NCBI RefSeq assembly: GCF_009914755.1
Contig: NC_060927.1
DNA from: the human T2T-CHM13v2.0 reference genome, Homo sapiens
Length of the DNA stretch: 64,000 nucleotides
Reading direction: 5' to 3' (one strand)
The notes under the pieces are model-generated. The model saw only the letters and a program-made list of their open reading frames with translations, had not been told where the DNA came from and searched no databases. Below are positions 57,101 through 64,000 of this stretch, piece after piece; the first letter of the stretch is position 1, and each line of letters opens with the position of its first letter. A program made the position numbers and the translations under genes.

Positions 57101-58168
57101 TGCCAAAGGTGAAAAACAGTGAAATAAAAATGAAGAATGTTTTAAATGAGTTCATTGGTAGACTTGACACAGCTGAGGAAAGAATCTAAAACCTTGAGTA
57201 TATGTCAGTAGAAACTTCCAAGATAGAAAAGTAAAGGGAAAAAAGACTGAAATAAACTGAACAGAATATCCAAGAACTGTGGAACAACAATAGGTGTATC
57301 ATATGCATGATGAGAATACCAAACGAAGTAAAAAAGGAAAGGAACAGATTAAATATTTGAAGCAGGAACAACAGAAATTTTCCTGCAAATTAATGTCCCA
57401 CACTAAACCACAGATTCAGGAAGCTCAGAAAGCATTTGGATAAATGCAAAAAAAAAAAAAAAAAGCTACACATAGTCATATCATATTCAAATTACAGAAA
57501 ATCAGTGATTAAAAATCTGGAATGAAGCCTGATGGGGTGTGCAGGGAGACCTGACTTAGAGAATTATATCCAACATTTCCTCAGAAACCATGCACACAAT
57601 AAGAGAGTGAAGTGAAATAATTAGTGTTGAGAGAAAAAAACTTCCAGCCAAAAATTCCATACCCTGCAAAGTTATTCTTCAAAAGTGAAGAAGAGGTAAG
57701 ACTTTCTAGCTAAACAAAAATTGAGAGAATTTGTTGCCAGCAGATCTGCTTTGCAATAAATGTTAAAAGAAGTTCTTCAGAGAGAAGGAAAATGACATAG
57801 GTCAAAAACTGGGATCTCCATTAAAAAAGGAAGAACATCACAGAAGGGATAAGTACAGGTAAAATTTTAAATTTTTTATTTTTCCTATTTTTAATGGACA
57901 GATCAATCTGTACAAAATAATAGCAACAATATATTGTGTGCGTATACACACACACATATATATATACTTATCTAAAAGTAGAAAGAAATAACAACAATGG
58001 TACCAGGGATGAGATGGAAGAATTAGTATTATTTTGTTATTAAGTACTTGTGTTACCTGTGAACTGGTATATATTTGAAATATATTTATTTGAAAGTAGG
58101 CTTCGATTAGTTTTAAAGGTATTTTGCAAACCCTAGGAGAATCATTTTTCAAAAAGTTAAAGAAGTAT

Positions 58169-58584
<416 letters not shown>

Positions 58585-59722
58585 TTAAACTATATTTGAA
58601 TGATCAGTTTGAATAGCAGTGGCCTAAATATACAAATTAAATGTCAAGAGATTGTCAGCATGGATGAGAAGCAAGACTCAACTTTATGTTGTCTATAAGA
58701 ATCCTACTTTAAATATTAAAACACATGTAGAGTAAAGATAAGTTACTGGGGAAAGATATACTATGCTAACACTAATCCAAAGAAAGTGGGAGTACCTATA
58801 TTAATTTCACAAATAGAAGACTTCACAGCAAGGAAAGTTGTCAGAGATGAAGAGGGGCATTACATAATGGTAAACGGGTCAATACTTCAAGAAGACGTAG
58901 CAATCCTTAATGTGTATGTGCATAACAACAGCATATCAAAATATGTAGGACAAAAACTTACAGAACTATAAAGAGAAATAGATGATTTGGCTATTAAATA
59001 GTTAGAGACTTCAGGACCCCCTCTATCAGAAAGTGATCCAGCAGGCAGAAAATTAGTGAGGACATAGTTGACCTCAACAGAATCATCAGTCAGTTGAATA
59101 TAATTGAAATCCGTTTACTACATTATACACCACCACCACAAAGCACATTCTTCTTAAGCTCACATGAAACATTCACCAAGGTAAACTGCATTCTGGATCA
59201 TAAAACACACCTTAACTAATTTTAAAAATGCTGTGCGACCACAATGGAGTTAAACTAGAAATTAGTAACAGAAAGATAGCTGAAAATCTCAAAATACTTG
59301 GAGATTTGACAACATTATTATAAACACATGGGTCAAAGAAGAAATACCAAGAGAGATTTTAAAATATTTTAAACAATGAAAACAAAAACACAGCCTATCA
59401 GAATTTGTGGGATGCAACGAAAACAGTGTTTAGAAGGAAATTTAAAGCATTGAATGCAGAGGTTACAGAAGAAGAAAGATCTAAAATCAGTAATCTAAGC
59501 TTCTACCTTAGAAAAGAAGAAAAAGACAAGCAAATCAAATTCAAAGTAAGCAGAAGTAAAGAAATTTAAGAATTAGTGTATATATTAATGAAATAGGAAA
59601 CAGGAAATCACAGAAAATCAATGATCTCAAAAGCTGGTTCTTTGAAAACATCAATAAAATCAATAAGCCTCCAAAAAAAGAGAGAGAAGACACACGTTAC
59701 TAACATCAGAAACAAAAGAGAG

Positions 59723-59982
59723 GGCCAGGTGTGGTGGCTCACCCTGTAATCCCAGCAATATGGGAGGCAGAAGCAGGAGGATTGTTTGAATCCAGACTGG
59801 GCAACACAGTAACACCCCATTTCTACAAAAAATAGCCTGGTGCCACCACATCACAGTTACTCAGGAGGATCACTTGAGCCTGGGAAATGGAGGCTGCAGT
59901 GAGCTGTCATCATACCATTGCAGTCCAGCCTTGGCAACAAAGTGAGACTCTGTCTCTTAAAAAAAAAAAAAAAAAAAAAAAA
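59723..59982 (+). mobile_element. AluJ (with internal deletions) inside L1M
   Basis: ggccaggtgtggtggctc..gaggatcacttgagcctggg..gagactctgtctc plus A tail. Confidence 0.88.
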
Positions 59983-60835
59983 GAATTGAAAAAGAGGCTA
60001 TCACTACAAATATTTTGAACATTAAAAGGGTAATAAAGAAATACTATAAACAACTTCATGTCCTAGATGAAATGAACCAATTTCTTGAAAGATACAACCT
60101 GCCAAAATTCACACAAGAAAAAATACACAAACTAAGTAGGCCTTACATATATATTAAAGCGGTTGAATCAGTAACTAATAACTTTCCAAAACGGAAAGCA
60201 CCAGGCCCAGACTGGTTCATAAGTGAATTCTGTACATTAAAGAAGAAATTATACCAATTTTCTCTACAGTCTTTTCTAGAAGATAGAAGCAGAGAGAATC
60301 CATTTTAATTCATTCTGTGAGGCCACCATCCTAATACCAAAACCAGACAAAGACATTGCAAGAAAAGAAAACTACACACCAAAAAATTTCATATAATAGG
60401 CGTAAAAAATTTTAACAAAATACTAGCAAATGGATTCCAACAGTGTGTAGAAACAACTATACACCATGACCAAATGGGATTTATCCTGGGTGTGCAAGGC
60501 TGGTTCAGCATTCAAAATTTAATTAATATAATTCATCCCGTCAACAGGCTAAAGAAAATTCTCAGGATCATATCAATAAAGAAAGGGCACTTGACAAAAT
60601 TCAACACCTATTCATGATAAAGACTTGGTAAACTAGGAATAGAAGAGAACTTCCTTAACAACATTCTGCTCTTACAGCATTGTACTAGAAGTCCTAGCTA
60701 ATGTAGTGAGATAGGAAAAGGGGCAGGGGAAAGTATACTAATTGGAAAGGAAGAAATTAGACTTTCTTCACAAATCATATGACCATTTATGTAGAAAACC
60801 GAAAAGAATCGACAAGAAACTTCTGGAACTAATAA

Positions 60836-61138
<303 letters not shown>

Positions 61139-61169
61139 TGAGATTCAGACCCCTTGAATGTTGGACTGA

Positions 61170-61530
61170 AGCAGTCTGTCTAGTGCTTAAGAATATAAAC
61201 TCGATGCAGACTATTTGAGCTTGGATCTTATCTCTGCCACCTTCTATAATAGCGCAGCTTATTCTATAATCGACATAAATGGTCATATGATTTGTGAAGA
61301 AAGTCTCATTTCTTCCTTTCCAATTAGTATACCTTATCTCCCATCTTCTATAATATAGCACTTAAATATAGGTTACTTAACCTGTCTTTGCCTTGTTCCT
61401 CATGTGTCAGGTAGTGATAGTAACACTACCTACCTCATAGGGCTGTTACAAGATTAAGAGTTCATCCATTAAAGTTTTTAGAACAGTACCTGGCCCACAT
61501 TAAGCACTTAATATGTTGGCTATTATTCTT
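61170..61530 (+). mobile_element. MIR carrying an inverted templated insertion
   Basis: ctagtgcttaagaata..tctgccac / ggttacttaacctgtct..ctacctacctcatagggctgtt..agaacagtacctggc. Confidence 0.75.
61270..61332 (-). repeat. 63-bp inverted copy of 60733-60795
   Basis: Reverse complement gtatactaattggaaaggaagaaatgagactttcttcacaaatcatatgaccatttatgtcga vs source ...aaattagac...atgtaga (2 mismatches). Confidence 0.95.
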
Positions 61531-61545
61531 GGTGGTTGTGTGGCG

Positions 61546-61850
61546 TTTTTTTTGTTGTTTTTTTGTTTTTTTCTTTGAGACAGGGTCTCACTCTGTCACC
61601 CAGACTGAAGTGCAGTGGCATAATCATGGCCTCAACCCCCTGGGGTCAAGCAGTCTTCCTGTCTTATCCTCCTGAGTAGCTAGGACTACAGGCATGTGCC
61701 ACTGCCCCTGGCTTATTTACTTATTTCTTTTGTAGAGATGGGATATCCCTATGTTGCCCAGGTTGGTCTTGAACTCCTTGCCTCAAGGAATCCTCCTACC
61801 TCAGCCTTCCAAAGGGCTAAGATTACTGGTGTGAGCCACTACACCTGGCC
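61546..61850 (-). mobile_element. AluJ
   Basis: Reverse dimer with T-rich tail. Confidence 0.9.
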
Positions 61851-64000
61851 TGTTTACTTCATTTTTTAGGCAATAGTTGACAAGTTTCTGTATACATAAG
61901 AATCAAATACAGAGTTTATGAAATGCTGGATCTTATTGCCAGAGCTTTTGATTGAGTGGGAGCTTTCAGTTGAGTATAGATTTGGCCAGTGAATCATAAC
62001 AAATATGAGGGTAATTTTGCTGCAGTAGCCTACAGCCTTTACTTTGAGAAACTGCAGAATGTTCTAGAGATTCAGTGCTGACTTTACAACAATGGAGTGG
62101 GATGGGACAAGTGGTCTGTTGGGAGAATTTATCTATTTGGTATCTTCACTGGGAACTGGAAGTGGGTGAATAGAAATAAAAGGGTTTTGAGATGAGTGCT
62201 TGAGATACGACAAAGGAAGTTTTCACAGGCTTTGGTGTGAAAAACCACTTTGCTATTTTGAGCCTTTGTGACTCAAAGAAGATGGTACACTGAAGAAAGA
62301 AAAAGTCAGGAAGATGAATCTGTTTGCTAAGGATTTATTTTGTTTAATGTGATTGAGGTCCACTGGGGTCATGCTTAGTGAGCTGTTCAAAGATGCTTTC
62401 CTGAATGTTTCTGCAGCGGGAAAGCCACAGAAGTAGTAGGTTGTCTAAAACAATAGTTGCCACCAGCCAGCTTTCCAGTTTTTCAGGAAAATGCTATGAG
62501 TACAATATATTAATATGGATAGATTTAAATCATTAAAAAAACTTCTCTGATGCCTGTGAGCTGTGGTATATGTCAGCTGTTAATTTTCTTATCCTTTTCT
62601 TAGATAACATTTTATTTAATAGAGCTGTCTTATAAGTTGTAAAGTGAGGTTTATAGATTTACCATCACTTCTGACATCTTCAGATCTCCTCTTTAAAAGT
62701 ACAAAATAGAACTTTGCAGTAAAAATAAAATAGTATAAACAGATTTTTTTTTAGCCTCTGAAAACCACTATATATTAGTTTGCATTAACCACTATACGTA
62801 GAAATATCTTCCTGTTCAAATGTAGTTATGTGATACTTTGTGAAAATAGGGCCTTAATATTTAGGGGTTAAAATTAATTCAAAATATTTTCAGTAAGAAT
62901 GGGCCAACTTGGCCCACATACTGTAGTACAAGCTGATAAGTAGTCATTAGAAGATGATGATCTAAGACTACTAAATAAGCTCTCACAGACAGGTCATATG
63001 AAACCACGTTTATATCTAATGATTTAAGTGTAAAGCATGTAGGCAAACGCTACTAGTCATCACACTGTAATGTACAGCTTTCAGTACAGAAAATTTGGAT
63101 AAATGTTCTGCAGCTATATCCAGAAATCAGTTTTTCATTAATTTCTCTTTCTATGTTTTGTCAGATACAGTAATTATATCACAAGCAGTCAAATTCTAAA
63201 ATGGTATGTGTAGAGAAAAGAAGCAACAGAGTTCTTGCCATTCCTAATTCTGATTACCCTAATTTGGGATAAATATTTCCTTCTTAATTAATTGGTTAAT
63301 GCATTAAGATTGTGAGCTGAAAGGTATCATAAGTGCAATTATTATTTGTATGAGGATTCTTCGTTCATAATTGGCAAAAAGTGAAACAAAAGGAATAACC
63401 AAAAATCATAACAAATAGCATCAGCATTTAAAAGCAAATTTCTAGAAATGATTACTATAGGACTTTAAACAAATTTTTTACATCAGTGATATGATTTTTA
63501 ATATTTTTAATATTCAGAAGGCTTTTTATGTAAGTGCATATATCAACATTATCAGTTATACCTTCTTACTGATAAATTCCTGCTGTCAGTCTCTCCACAG
63601 CTCTACCATGTTCTTTTTCTCCTTACTTTCTCGTCTCAAGTTCATTAGTTGAGAAGGATGCTTACTATTACTCTGTCCAAATTTGGTAGTGGTTTTCTCA
63701 ATTTTGGGCATTTCATGTTCAATTAAAATTTATTTAATTGAACTTTTGAAAGAACTTTCCCAGCCATATAGAGATGTATTTACATTATAGATTCATTTCC
63801 AGATAACAGTCACACAGAGACTTCTTTTCTGTTACTTTTTTCTTGCCTTTGATAATGACATTAATAATTTAATAATAAACTATTAACATATTAACAGATA
63901 TAATAGATGTTAATATTAATATAATTTATGTGTGGTTCTATAAGAATAGACACTTCGATATCATGATAGAAAGATTCTTGATTATGATGCAACTTGAATA

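Noticed and set aside
63860-63930. AT-rich inverted repeat (atattaaca...tgttaatat)
   Set aside because: A 9-bp stem in very low-complexity AT sequence is expected by chance.

Overview
AT-rich, CpG-depleted primate (human-like) genomic DNA. I recognise no intact protein-coding gene and no CpG island. The T/G-rich + strand and several plausible + strand splice-site pairs suggest the inside of a long intron of a + strand gene, which I could not identify. The window is dominated by interspersed repeats: about 20 Alu/FLAM pieces, L1PA2/L1PA3-4/L1PA7/L1PB4/old L1M, L2, MIR, CR1, MaLR and ERV1 solo LTRs, and hAT and TcMar MITEs. The only gene-derived sequence is a minus-strand C11orf98/LBHD1 retrocopy (about 19.7-21.1 kb). 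It appears semi-processed, with intron 1 retained. Other notable structures are an L1PA7-like element with a complete 5' end, a ~3.7-kb internal deletion and an Alu piece fused at its 5' end; a 63-bp inverted templated insertion at 61.27 kb; a young L1PA2/L1HS-intermediate insertion with a perfect TSD; and a MADE1 (miR-548-type) hairpin nested in MER44. I find no convincing new biological system; the findings are mostly retrotransposition and repair archaeology. Repeat subfamily calls come from recalled consensus sequences, and boundaries of old repeats are approximate.
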